Origin: Balanoglossus misakiensis
Taxonomy: Eukaryota > Animalia > Hemichordata
Length of the DNA stretch: 64,000 nucleotides
NCBI GenBank assembly: GCA_040954595.2
Contig: CM082582.2
Coordinates: 6,946,063-7,010,062 of the forward strand
Direction: 5' to 3'
This document shows positions 51,100 to 64,000 of the stretch, piece by piece; the first letter of the stretch is position 1; the number at the start of each line of letters is the position of its first letter. The position numbers and the translations under genes were made by a program. Under the pieces are notes generated by a model, which saw nothing but the letters and a program-made list of their open reading frames with translations, ran no database searches and was not told the DNA's origin.

Positions 51100-54000
51100 T
51101 GTCACTAAATTATGTCTATTGTGAGGATACTACGAGGAAAACAGGTTGCACTTGTCGCCAGCGCTGAAGATAAGAACGGTGAATGTTTTGACCTATGACC
51201 CGAAGATTGCTGCATTTTTAAGGACCGCATTCGACCAACTTAACTCTAAAATACGTGTAATTACACCAATATGCCGCGTGTTATAAGTTATAAGTCTAAT
51301 TTTGTGCCACAAATTTACAGCATTCAATACTCTACTGTCTTTTATTTCATGAGAGCTTCGCGACCGTGGCCGTATCTGACGCTGTGAATCACTGTATGTT
51401 TACACATACGTACGTAAGCATAAGGGCTCGGCACGGAAATTCACCTGATCATCACGAACGTTGGCAGTAGAAAGTTTCCTCATCTCTGCGAAGATCGCTG
51501 ACAGTATTGAGTACGTCGTAGGTATTCGCCAATCATCTTGAAACCGCTTAGACATTTGCCGATCTCGGTAACGGTCGAAATATACATTTTGTGCAGGTAA
51601 GGACGTCGTACATGTCGATGAGGGTGATGACGGTATTACTATCAATGCCAACAAACTATTCATATGCCAATGAGGTGTGTGTTGTTGTTGATGGTGGTAT
51701 CTTTCCCATCGAAAGTTGACCGCATTATTTTTACTGGTGGAACACATCTTGACCGGCGTTTATAGGCCAAACCTCATCCCGATTGCCCGTTTGTGACCAT
51801 GACGTTTGTAGTTACTTATGGTAATGGAAGGGGGGGGGGGGGGGACCACATCCACTAATTGACGCCCTAATGGCCAAACATGCCAAACAACCTGTTACAG
51901 TGCCATAGTCTCTCCCGAGGTGACGTCGTTTCCGACATGATGATGTTTGGTTGTATTGATAAACTAATATTGTCATGATCTGAGCATTCAAACAAAATGC
52001 AACAGACACAACAAATATTCTTAAACATATTACATGTAAATCTATATCAGTTACAGCTCCACAAATTTAACTGCCTGGTATTGTAAATTTATTTTAATTT
52101 ACACTTTTAATAAAAAATCGTTGGGATTGCTACAAAATATCAGGTGTTGTTTGATAGGGCTGTTTTTTGTCGTTCATATAAAGTTGCAAATGTGCCATCA
52201 TTGATATTCAGTACAGCGTTAAGTCATTTTCCCACTGGAGGTCCAAATAAGGCGTCTGAACTGACAGTTCAACATTCAGTTGCATATCATGCACATGCAT
52301 ACATTGTATTAAAGCTAGCTGGGGTGTCAAATTATCTTATCAATAGCTGCCTGCACAATTACTTCAGAGAATATTAAGTTATTAAAATATGAATAATTTA
52401 CCACTAATTCCCCTGATTAGGAAGTCCCAGGGGAAGTCACATGATGCAGCGTATCATAGTTACATTGTAAGCTCGTAGTTGTTGCTATCAACTACCGGTA
52501 CCTTTGAGTGCCAACGAATTCATGAAGGCAGTTTATCCATATAACCATACATGACACTGGCAGTTTGCCCTGTTGTTTTTATTAAGGCTCCATTAGCTTT
52601 GTCTTTTCGCTGTGTGTCACCAAAGCATGTCAATATCAATGCCAGTTAGGTACAGTGCGTTGTGTCCCAGTTTGACTTTATATGATCTACTAGCCACATT
52701 CCTTCTGCATGACGGTGACCTCATTCCTCGAAGCCAACCTCTTTGTCCTGGTCACCTGAACTGTGTATCAAACTGAACCGGGAAGTGAGCCCAATTATCC
52801 TACTTCCTTATCTGATTTCTGTCGGTGTACTTTTCCTTGTCCACCCCCCACCCCCTAAATTTTTTCATGAATTTCACTTTTGACTTCTTTGGAAATATAA
52901 TCAGTGCCGTCACGATTCAACATGTGCATTAGCAGATTGGAAATGAGTTTGTAAGGTTTTTATTATTTTTTTGAGACGTGAAATCATACATGTACATGTA
53001 CATTAATGAGAGACAGTCTTCTGATGGATGACAGAAAAATGAAGCCATTCACACTACAAATTGTATTTGTTTTACTTTATAACCCTGAGCACATGATGTC
53101 TAAGTGTACCCCTGTGCCTGAACCCACCTCTTTGCCATAAAAAATTGGCATAATTGCACCGTACATTGTTGATCATTCAAAGATAGGGTGAAAAGTTCAA
53201 CAGAGACAGAGTTATATACGTGCTGGTAGTACTTTTTTGTTCGCGGTTTTAGTGTGATGATGTATAGGCATGCGTCTGAATTGAATGATCTGATCTCAAA
53301 TTGCCCCGAGTCGTGCTGTCATTTACATACATCTAAAACGGCGTGTCACTTTCAACTTTCACACAGTGCTGTCTGAATACAGCTTTAATACTGTCCCATG
53401 ACTACAGTCTGGGCAGTGTTTTTGTTGCTTCCAAAGTCAAGACATAGGTCTGATTCTGGCTGAGTCATGCAGGGCGCACGCCCGCCCGCCGAGATGTCCC
53501 GAAGTTAGGCCACAGCCACCTTGTTTACGCGTAAAGAGTACACAATAAAGTAGGTCAGATGTCGTACTGTCGGTTCCTATACCCTGTTTCATAAATACAT
53601 GTCGTTAATCTCGACAGCCCTTTCATAGTCAGCTGCCATTTTGGCAAAGAGAAACTGAAGGGGGGGGGGGGGCACCATCGTAGACACACCCACCCCATCA
53701 ACAACAGAGTGTAGCCTTTGGTTGGACACTGACGTCATGCTTAAATTAATGTTGTTCCCCCTCACAAAGCTGGGTCACGTGTTGCTTAAGACGTATACCT
53801 ACGTCAAGTCAAGATTGTAATCTCAGATTGAGCAACTTCTTATAATTCTTGCGGGAATACCAATCTGCTGCCTTGGTCCCATAGAACCACCTGTTGAGTT
53901 TCAGAGCACCGTGGGTTAATGCTACTTTTCTGTGTCTGTCCACAAGGCTGTTCTTTCTTGTAAGTGTGAAGTTTTCAGCCGCTGTGCCTGTTTTGTTAAA

Positions 54001-54450
54001 GAGCGGCCTTTAAAAAACACCCACGGCTGTTTATGTGTCCACCAGTAAATTGTAAACAGCCATGTGTGTATATTGTGTTATGCGTGGTCCATGTTTTCAC
54101 CATTGTTGTTGTTGTTGTTTTTTTGCGTTGGTCAGATTCCTCGGGCAACCAGATCATGTGAATGCTTTGGCCGGACTTGATCACCTACAGAAAAATAACA
54201 TCTAGTTTCTCATCTGCTGTGGTGAAAACGTATTATACATGCAATTTGTGAAAAGTCAAATTTACCTCATTCTCAGGGAGCCTGGTTTCATGATTGGTAG
54301 GATGCTCGTGATTGTCATTAATGTGTATGTTTTTTTTCTTTCTCTCTGTCTAGTTTGCAGATTTGTGCCACAGTTTTGTTGCCGTGGACAACCAGAATCT
54401 AAGAAACTCGCAACAGCCGTCTCACCTAGAACTTCTGGGTCCATTACAGA

Positions 54451-57400
54451 ATGGAGTACTATGTATATATGTAAGTACATGTGAACAGTTGTCTACATAC
54501 ATGTATCTTTGATTTGTGTGAAATATGCAGACAGGAAATCTGTGTTGGTTTTTGCAGAAGCTTCATCTAGGCAAATAAATGTTATGAAAGGTGCATGAGT
54601 GTATTGTTACGAAACATTCATGTACATGTACCTTATGAAACATAAAAACATCTTGATTGCATATTTGCCTGTGTAGATTTGACTGATCAGTGAAACAAGT
54701 GATTTGAAAAAACATGCATACAAAGTGTGATTCATGTGTGTATAAAAGTACATGAAAGAAAGGGCAAATATTTGCATTCCATTTGTTTTATATGTACACA
54801 CTCTGGTTTTATTTAGAGCACTCCTGACATATTTATGATGTGACGTGTAGTCGCCATAAATGATGCAGCAATGACACGCTTTGAGGTGATGAAATACGGA
54901 AAGGTTGACTCCGACATCATCGGAATACCTGGCAGAGTTTTATGCAGATGAACCTCGCGGGTTTATGATAATGGTGTGTCATCTGGCTTGCTGAATGCAG
55001 TGTGACATTGTAGGCTATTGATGCGTGAACGAGAATATTATTCCTCCAAACATCAACTGTCGGTGTTAATCAACATTGTCTGTCATTGCAAAGTGATATT
55101 TATTGCTTTGTCATGCTATGGTAGGCACTGGCAGATGAAGATTTTGATTAGATAAAAAAATGTGTTTTTGAATGTGAACTGAAAATTGTAAACAAAATAC
55201 CAGCCATGCAGAGACTAGTGTGGATAATTTTACCTAGCTAAGGAGTATGACCATAGTCTACTGATCCAGCCAGACTCCTTTAGCGAGATTAAAAATATCA
55301 ACGCTAGTCTCCGTGTGGAGAATGTCAGTGTGTATGCGAAAATGGAGAAGTTTCGTAATTCCAATCCCGTCGGCAGATTCCTGGCAACCACAGTAAATTC
55401 ATCTGCTGGCATGAAAAGCATGATTGCTTCATGCTCGTTGTCTGGTTGCCATAAGGTCCCAAATCGAGCACTCTGACTTCTTGACATTTGTGGCTAATGC
55501 TTGCATCATGGCCGTTCTAAGAATAGTTCAGCTGGTTCAGGAAGTGTGTTTAGTTCTGTGTGGCATGAATCAATCTGGATATTTCCTGTTATTTATGCAT
55601 GTACTCGCACGAAGAGTATCGCTGTCGGTTCCATCTCTGATTTTCCTGTGATTTTTTAACCCTTTCACCACCATGGTTCAGTCCAAACCCACTGTCTTCT
55701 ATGGTATGGTTGGACCTGCACCTCTGATTCTGATTTTGGGCTTCATTTTCGTACTCTAAAAACCTTGTCACAAGTATGCTGTCTTTATTTCACAGAGCAG
55801 AAAAGAACGATTTTTTACAGGTGGTCTAAATGCCCTAGCCCTCAAAAGAAACACCCACAAGTTCAATTACTGCATACGATAGCTTTGAACTTGTTATGGT
55901 AACCTTAGCTACAATACATGCACACACATGCACTTGGGAGGTTCATTGTACTTGACAGATAGAGGTTGTTTTCTGTCTTCCAAGGCTAAGTGGGCATTGC
56001 CCTTCTTAAAAAAATCAAAAAGTATAATTTCATGGGGTTAGTTTGTTGTCGTACATCTATCACTCTACTCCCATGCGGTGTATATAGCGCACAGTAATGA
56101 TGGATAATCACAAGTGCGTGGACCCTCATGCATCTTTGACCTAGCTATAGCCCCCGAGATATTTACAAATTAGAGCATACATGCATTGCAGCTGCATTTT
56201 GCGAAAAACACTAGATTCAAGGCTGCTGATTTGTGAAAAACAGGTGCTGTTCGCTAACAGGTCAAGTACAGATGATGCGCACTGAGGGAATTATCCATCT
56301 ATCAATTCCTAGAGGAGATTACATGCAGCTTTTACAAATTATAGAATGTATGTATATGTAATAAATTGCTAGAGAAAGGTTGCTGAAATAAAAAAAACAT
56401 GATTTCATCTAGATCTAGCAGTCAGGCTGTGGTTTACACTAGAAAATTGGGTATCCACTTTGATTTGTGGTTTTACGGAACCTTTCACCTACTGCTGAGT
56501 AAATCATTCCGCAGGCAAATATCGACAGTGAGAAGTGAAACCGCAAGGAGACATTCACTCCTGTGGCTGCTGAGTGTGTGTGTACGAGTGTGCATGAATT
56601 CAGTATGGCCGAACCTTACATTGAATAGTGTGTCTTAAAAGTTAAAGGGCGATATACAATGCACAGATGACTGCTGTTTTTTCCCTTTTGTTCTTCAGTA
56701 AACAGTAAAGACAATAGGTCTATTGTTTAGATCTGTAGAAATGACCATGGGTGTAATATTTAAGGACACTGTGTGTCTCCGAGTTTTACATAACCTTCAG
56801 GACTAGCGGATGTTTGTCTACCATGTTCATTCCTACGTCTTTGTTATGTACTGGTACGGTAGTACCCCAATTGTGGTTTTTGTTTGTATATATGTGAGGA
56901 CACTCTTCTCCAAATTGCATAATCTAGCAGTGCCCATTCAAAGTTGATGAATTGCCTGCCTGTCCCGCAAATAAACCTTGCATATCGATCAATTCAAGGA
57001 GGTGCCATGTTACAATGTGGGTTAGTGTGAGAGAGACTGGTCATCTAGGGTGGTCAGCCCACTGGTGAACCCAGTCTGTGTGCAGCCCTTTGTGTTGGAC
57101 ATGAATCAGTGAATTCTGTTGCAGACGTTATTCAATCTTACCTTTGTACGTCTTGCAAACCCTGCAGGACGGATCTGGTGCTCTCTACGGCGCTAACGAT
57201 ACCCCCCTGGCGATACCATTATTTCTTAGGGGGTCGTGTGCGTGTTCAAACTGTACCCTAACCCGAAGCCTAATCCTAACCCTGATCCTAACCCTAACCC
57301 TATTCCTAACCCTGATCCTAACCCTAACCCTGATCCTAACCCTAACCCTAAACATTTATATATTTGGACTTTTTTTTATAAAATATTCGACACATATTGG

Positions 57401-58891
57401 TCACACTCAATTACCACTTTCACATCCACCCTCACACCCCCCTCGGCCTCCCCTAAGAAATAATGGTATTGCCCGGGGGGTATCGTTAGCGCCGTAGAGA
57501 GCACCAGATCCTGCAGGACTATGTACATGTATACTTTTTATGTCAAAACAGGAAGACAGATAATTTTATTTCTCCCACAGTCCCTCTATCATACTGTTCT
57601 ACCATTCCGGCAGTTTCTGACACTCTTCAAGTAGAAGCCAGGAGGTTGGCAAAATGGCAAGATGTATATTGCTGATTGGAAATGTTTGCACTTAGCAAAA
57701 CTCACTGGCAGACAAACTTGTCCTGCCTAGCCTCATTTGGCTTCGTATATTTTTAACCCCTCTTTTTTTTCTCTCTCCCTCCCTCCCTCCACAACAGAAT
57801 CATAGTCTTTGCCGTGGTGCTAAAGCTCGGCTTCTACTTGTGCTGGTACCAGTCGCGTCGCCAGCGAGGTGAGAACACCACCCAGATGAGAGTGGTCATG
57901 CCGGATGGATCTATCCGAGTGATGACGGTGGCCAGTGGGGTCAGAGGATCCGGACAGGTAAGCAACAGAGTTCTCCCCAGGAAGAAATCATAAAACCGGG
58001 GCTAATTTGCATATCTAATTGACAGAAAATTTGCATATCGTTTTTATATTATTTGCATATTTTAATAATGACAATCCCATATGACCTCAATTTCAGCCCG
58101 TGACGGCCGACACCCTGTACCAGTACGATAATCCGGTCATTATAGACGGCTCGGGGGTGGTACAGGCAGGTCGCACAGAAAATCATGAACCGTCGGGACA
58201 GTTGCCGAGGCCACCCTCGTACACGGGACAACCAGAGACCAAACAGAGCACCGGTCTGCCACCGTCGTATTCAGCGATTTTCAGTCAAACAGGTAAGAGT
58301 TCATTCACTGCCTCACTTTGTGGCCCCACGTGACATGGGCAAGGGGGGACTGCATCAGCGTTGACCCTGATGACAGCTTGGGCGTCCGTATGTGTATGCA
58401 CCTGTTTCAGTGGAATGCTCAGGCAGAAAGAAGAATCACTTTTTTAAAAACAGAGCAAACAACCACTTAACATTATTACAGCTGCCAGTCATTTTCGAAA
58501 AAAAAAATGATGCAGTTCTGTTTTTTTTTCCTCCCCTTCAGGATCGCCGCCACAAGCAAGCGACAACACCAGCACAGAGCCTGCTGTCCTGCCGACGGTG
58601 TCGTACACACAGACCGAGTCGGGTTTTATAATCCCCGAGGGTGTCAGCCCACCCCCGTACACCCCTACCCCTGTGCCCGCCCCCACAGTCACCAGCCAAG
58701 CGCCAACCGACAACACGACCGCTGCAGACGCCGAAGTCCCTCCCCCTCCTTCAGCTGCTGTCACAGCGCCACCAGAAACTGCCGCAGTGCCCGTGTCGCA
58801 CGTCACGCCGCCGCTGCAGTCGTCCTCGCAGCCTGTCGCAATGCCAGCAACACCGTCGGCAGCGTCGCTAACCAGTGCAGACTACATGTAG
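54451..58891 (+). CDS. Single-pass membrane protein with N-terminal TM and three PPxY motifs (WBP1/PMEPA1-like architecture), ~241 aa
   Basis: Exons 54451-54470 (MEYYVY; in-frame stop upstream at 54427), 57798-57957 (IIVFAVVLKLGFYLCWYQSRRQR...), 58097-58292 (RPPSY, LPPSY), 58542-58891 (SPPPY, Pro/Thr/Ala-rich, ADYM*); phases 2/0/1 match. Confidence 0.8.
55660..55727. mobile_element. Truncated copy of the ~90-bp CCCTTTCAC MITE family
   Basis: TTAA|ccctttcaccaccatggttcagtccaaacccactgtcttctatggt aligns with the reverse complement of 28401-28486. Confidence 0.65.
57171..57511. mobile_element. 341-bp non-autonomous DNA transposon with 62-bp TIRs, 8-bp TSD and internal telomere-like (CCCTAA)n array
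   Basis: TIRs 57171-57232 and 57450-57511 (2 mismatches), beginning GGATC; TSD TGCAGGAC at 57163-57170 and 57512-57519; ~16 CCCTAA/CCCTGA/TCCTAA hexamers at ~57255-57352. Confidence 0.92.
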
Positions 58892-61800
58892 TAAAGTGGG
58901 ACAGTCAGTAGGATAGAGCGGTAGATCTCCGTGTCGTGGTGTAAGTTTTACAAGACTATGTAGTGTATGCTGACTTGTTGACTCTCAGTTCCTAAAAAAT
59001 CAAGCTCCAAAGGAAATCATTTGGTAAAAGTCTACTCTACTGATATACATGTATGACCCCCCAACCACCACCGCAAGTTGGTCTGACCCTGTTGGTTTCT
59101 GTGGACATGGGTGAATCCACCATTCAAGGAAATATAGGGGTGACAGCATCAAAGCTATTCCTGTAAACATATCTCCTCTCAGTATTCAAGCTGTACTTAC
59201 AAAATTTGAATCCTTAGTCCAATAAGTCTCTTCAGTATTTCTCATTCTTTACATGTATAGTCAAGCCCACCATTCATTTTCCAGAAGTTATTTATTATTA
59301 CAGTGCACCCATGTGTCTATTTACACCGTTTAACCTACCTCAGTCCACCAACAGAAAGTTCATACTTAAGTATTAAGCATTTGCCGAGTCATAATGCTCA
59401 CCCCTTTCTTCCCTCCCCATTCGTTGTATGTTGGATCGACCCTACCATAGGAACGCAGCAGGGTTGGAACAAACCATGGTGATAGAAAGGCAGAGGGGAT
59501 ATTATACATAGACATCAAACATTTTTAACTGATTTATTTCTGAAATTCGACATTGCCTTGACGATTCAAGCCATCCCGGGCATTGCTTGCAGAGATGCCT
59601 TGATAATCACATCAAACAAAACCCGTAAAAAGAACTTAATAATTCCCGAATCAGCTGTATCTCTTACAAATGGTTTCCGGTGGAGGCTTCATTCTCACGG
59701 CTTGTTTTCACCTTGAACAGGCTGCTTCGAGAAAAAAAAATATCTAACGTACATGCACAGCATTCGCATTTATTTAAGTGTGCAGTACCTCTGAAGGCTA
59801 CCTGTGGCTGGTGTGTGTGAGTCGCACTTTAGTATCCGGTCGCAATTGGTGGGCGTGGCAAACTGTGATATTTTAATCAGTGAAGGAGAGTATGCTCCAT
59901 CAAGGACACATTGAGTAGGGTGATGTCTTCAGATATCATCACGGCTATGCATTTGTACAACAGATTACTTTTAACACAAGGTTTCAGTACAATAATTATA
60001 AAAGCATTAGGGTACTTTTTTAACTGTAAAGGTCACCTTAGTCACTTTATTATAGATATTTATTTTCCTTCAGAAACTGATGTATGATTTTTGGTGACAG
60101 TAGTTGTAAATTTGATAATTACTCAGTCTGTGTTTTTGTTATGTGTGTCATTGTGGTAGACCAAGCAATACTTGTCCACCAATGTGAAAACTACAGTGAT
60201 ATATTTTCATCACTCGATTCGAACCCCGAAATTGCTACACTCGAAACCAAACCGACTAATTATGAACTAATTATGAAATGAAATCTGCACCACAGTTGTA
60301 TTTCAGAAATCTCGCATCTGTATTTGACATTTCAGCAATATTGCCAATCTCTTGTAACGAAACCGAGAAGAATATTGGCCATTGAGTATTTTTATATCTA
60401 GACAAAGGGACAGATTAGGTCAGATTTTAATAGACTACACTCTAGCTAGAGATACATATGTGTATATATTTATGTGATATATTGTGAAAGGATTATTTTA
60501 ATGTTTTAACTGGAATGAGTGTCTGTCCCACGTGTATGTCTATATTCAGAATGTATTCACTCTGTTCCAAGGGTACAAGGATGAACATTTACTTCATAAC
60601 CACTTTCTATATATCTTATATCTTTACCGAGTTGCATGTCTTATGAAATGTACAAATATTATTACACTTGGAAAAGTACTGTCATTTTGAGATATCCAAG
60701 AGCAAATAGCAAATTTACGTTTTATTTCTCAACAAAAAATAGTAAGTAAATACATACCATTCTGTTTTGTTGATTTTTCATTCGCCGTGTTTTGTATTTT
60801 AGGCAGGGTGGAGGCTGTTGTCTTTTATTTGACCCTGTGACCTTGTATTGTAAACTTCAACAAGCCTACCCAGAGGTCAGTGGGTGTTGCCATGGCACCC
60901 GAAGTAGTCTGACATCTTTTTACGAACTTCGTGTTTCTTTTTTTTTGTCCAATACTAGTAACTCTTCTTTTTCAGAGAAGAAACATTTGCCAATGTGAGA
61001 TTTGAAATATTAAGATTGGTGTATTTTTACATTGACAAAATTATTGTATTCAGATAACATACCTTCAACTATACTTGGATTTTATTACAGTGAGATGTGC
61101 ACACCTTTTTGTGTTAAATTTAAAATCACGGACAAAATCATGGGCTTGTTTTTATTCATGCCTTTTGTGTATACATGTACATGTGTGTTTGTGTGTATGT
61201 ATGAGCGCCCTAGTGCGCGCGGTCAGCAGATTGGTCGTGCGGGGGCGCTCTTCAACCAACCATGAGCGCTGCAGCTCGCAAACATTTTGGGCACAGTGTG
61301 CTCCTAACGGCGTGTATCTGGTATTTTAAACATTGTGCTCGATTGAAATATATACTGTCAATTTGTGTAAATATTTTTTCAGGAATGGAATAAAAATATT
61401 CAACATATTTTAATTATTTGTACGTTTTTTTGCAAGCAGTATTGTGCATGAACCATTACCCACATAAAACTAGAAGCTTTTTTAATGTTAGCCTATAACA
61501 TAGTTAAAAGCTGTCTACTTAACCCACCAATAGTGCGCTATTCACATTCTGTCTATGGTCCATGTCACCATTTGTAATTTGAATAGACTTAGTGCGAAAA
61601 TGCTTTATCTTCCCTTAAACTTTCCTCGGGTTTTCGATTTTCTCGGTGACTTTTGCAATAAAATACGCCTCGAATTTAGGTCATTTTAAAAAATGCACCA
61701 TATTTGATCTCAAGGCTTAGTTCCAAAAATTCAAACTGCTATTAACCATTATGTAATTTATATTGATGGAAGAAAATTTCATTGTTTTTATTCACACATA

Positions 61801-61907
61801 TAATTTGCATACTCCAAATGTGACAGGTGTTCGTTGCTGCCCCTTGCGAGCATTCCCATTTGACACTTTCTTGGCTGAGCGGACGGCAGCCATCGACCGC
61901 GGCGAGG

Positions 61908-64000
61908 ATGACTTCGGCGGCAACCAGCAAACGAGGCAATATCGAGGAGGCCGAGGTGGGCTTCTTCACCCTGTTGGTTGGCATTCCCATAGTCAATTCC
62001 GCGGTGTCGACGGCCAGCGAGTACTACAGTTCGACGAAGAGCAAGAGCAAGGCGCTCTCGTTCGCTTTCTCGCTGGTGGAGAACGGCTGCCAAGTGGCGA
62101 CCAACGCCGCCAAACCGGTGGTGGCCATATTCGAGAAACCGAGTGAGTACTACAACCACGGACGGGTATGTCGCAAAAACCTGTATTGCGTATACATGTA
62201 CTTGTATACCCGTCCTTATGATTCTTTCTCCCGTCTTCTTTGAATCGTACTACCATCGAATATGTTTTCAGTTCTGCCATCTGTAAGTTAACGGGTGTAA
62301 CTTTATGTGATCAAGACTTGGCGAACTAAATCACCGAGCGCCACAGTGCGAGAATACTAGTACTTGGTGTGGAAGGGGATACGTATATAAGTAGGCCTAC
62401 GTGTGATCGATTATAATGCCTCCAATTTGAACAGCACCACTGGTCATTTTCTTTCTTTGCTCAAGAGCGTTTTCTGACCAGCCTTTTAATTCTGTTTATC
62501 CGAATGCAGTCACTACCGCCGACACGTATGCCTCGGACGCACTGCTTAAAATCGAGGATAGATATCCCATCATCAAGAGGCCCACAGAAAAGGTATGAAT
62601 CGGCTTGGGTTACCGAGCAGACAAGAAATTGATGATTCAGCAGTTTTTTGGTTTTTTTTTTTTTGCTCTCGCAAATTTTCGACCAGAAATTAGATATCGG
62701 TTGCTTTTCGTCTCACATAATCACATTCCATTATCTGCAAAAGTCAGAACCCGGGGCTTTTACTACACGATTCTCATTCTATAAATTGATTTTTCCCATT
62801 TATTTCACAGGTGGTACAGAAAAGTAAAAAGACCGCCGTTCAGACAGGTCGCTCACTGTTGAATTCCGGTCCCGGTCAACTGTTGATGAAAACATTAGCA
62901 AAGAGCATCGATGTGTCGGAACACGTCTTAGAATATATACTGCCCCAAGCCGATAAGTCTTCGGAGAAGGGAGAAGAAGTCAACGAGCCGACCCAACATG
63001 AATACTGTGACTGCGAGATCGCCCAGTCTGGTGCGGTTTTCATCACGCAAACTGAACCACTGCAGCCGCCACCGAAAAAGGTACATGACTCGCAGTTTTG
63101 TTTTACTTACCACATTCAAAAAAGTTTACATATTTGACGGTGTTGAGCCGCTAGCCGGCATGACTACTTTTTATCGGGGTGGGGGGGGGGGTCCAGTTTT
63201 GACAGAACTTACTACTGAAATTGAATGAAACATCGTCATCGAATCAGTTAGCGTGAAAAGTTGTAAGCTAAGTTGTCGGAACCCATTATGCATCATGTTC
63301 CCCGTTTATCTCGCAAACTGTGAACACCGCGTGCGTGCGCCCACCAGAGAACATTCAAAATTCTGTAGGTTTTTTTTTTCTGAGCTGATTTTCATTTCTT
63401 TTTTCTCGTGGACAGACTTCTCGGAAGGTGGTGACCTTGGTTAATCTGGTTAGGCAGGTGACTTCTCTGCCTCTACAAATTTGGGTAAGTATGGCCTGTA
63501 CACCTTTCTTCCAGGAAAAGACAAAATAGTATATCGATTTTAGCGGAAATCCATGTCCATGACCCCAGTCCTAACGTGCAATTACGAACATGTTGTATGA
63601 ATAATCTGGACACAGAAATAATGCATAAAATAAAACACGCTTGAAATCGCCCAAAATCCAATACAAAACCGTGACGTCGTTGCCCTCTGCCAAATATGCA
63701 AATTTTGTCACAGAATAATCTCTTACAGACCGACACATTGCGTAAGGTATATAATTATCTCCTGGAAATTTCGACGAACAAGAAGTCGCCGAGAAAAAGC
63801 GGGGCCAGGTCGCCGAACAGCATCGCCAGAAGACTCAAGAAAACTCCGAAGAAAAGAATACACGCCATGTCTCTGTTGAACCAGATGCTGAAGTATTTGC
63901 CGCTCTCCGAAAACACTGTTCGAGTACTGGGGATGAAGATTTCGCGCGGTAGTCGCCATGGAGATATCAGAAAATATTTGATCCTGTCGTCACCAACAGG
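61908..64000 (+). CDS. Perilipin (PAT-domain) family protein, 3' end beyond window
   Basis: Exons 61908-62142 (LVGIPIVNSAVSTASEYYSSTK...VENG...AKPVVAIFEKP), 62510-62592 (ITTADTYASDALLKIEDRYPIIKRPTEK), 62811-63080 (...SEHVLEYILP...), probable 63729->64000. These match the perilipin pattern LPxVxS...Y...K, A...LDKxEE..P.I..PTE and VD.xLP. Confidence 0.85.

Noticed and set aside
57144-57497. (LT)n and (PN)n repeat ORFs; possible true telomere
   Set aside because: Translations of the CCCTAA array, which is internal, degenerate and enclosed by TIRs and a TSD.
57655-57680. TGGCAAGATG resembling the 5' end of miR-31
   Set aside because: The rest of the mature sequence does not match and no good precursor hairpin is evident.

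Overview
Eukaryotic (animal) genomic DNA: AT-rich introns with GT-AG boundaries, microsatellites and MITEs. Gene content and repeat style fit a marine invertebrate, plausibly a deuterostome (inference; not provable here). I reconstructed 13 genes by hand, checking exon phases. In order: a Gal-3-O-sulfotransferase-like type II membrane protein with degenerate catalytic motifs; an intronless LRR-Ig-TM receptor; a tandem triplet of ~190-200 aa secreted Cys-rich proteins I cannot assign to a family (one copy frameshifted); a stand-alone double MIB/HERC2-domain protein ending in a CaaX box; DECR1 and BOLA3 head-to-head; a TLC-domain protein with a long PPxY-containing tail; a tandem MATH-like protein starting MGC; TMEM208; a single-pass PPxY adaptor; and a perilipin-family gene running off the window end. 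Non-autonomous DNA transposons include a PIF/Harbinger-type MITE, an 8-bp-TSD element with telomere-like repeats and a dispersed ~90-bp family. Best leads: the secreted triplet, the CaaX-terminated MIB/HERC2-only protein and the probable pseudo-sulfotransferase. All calls come from manual reading, without database searches.
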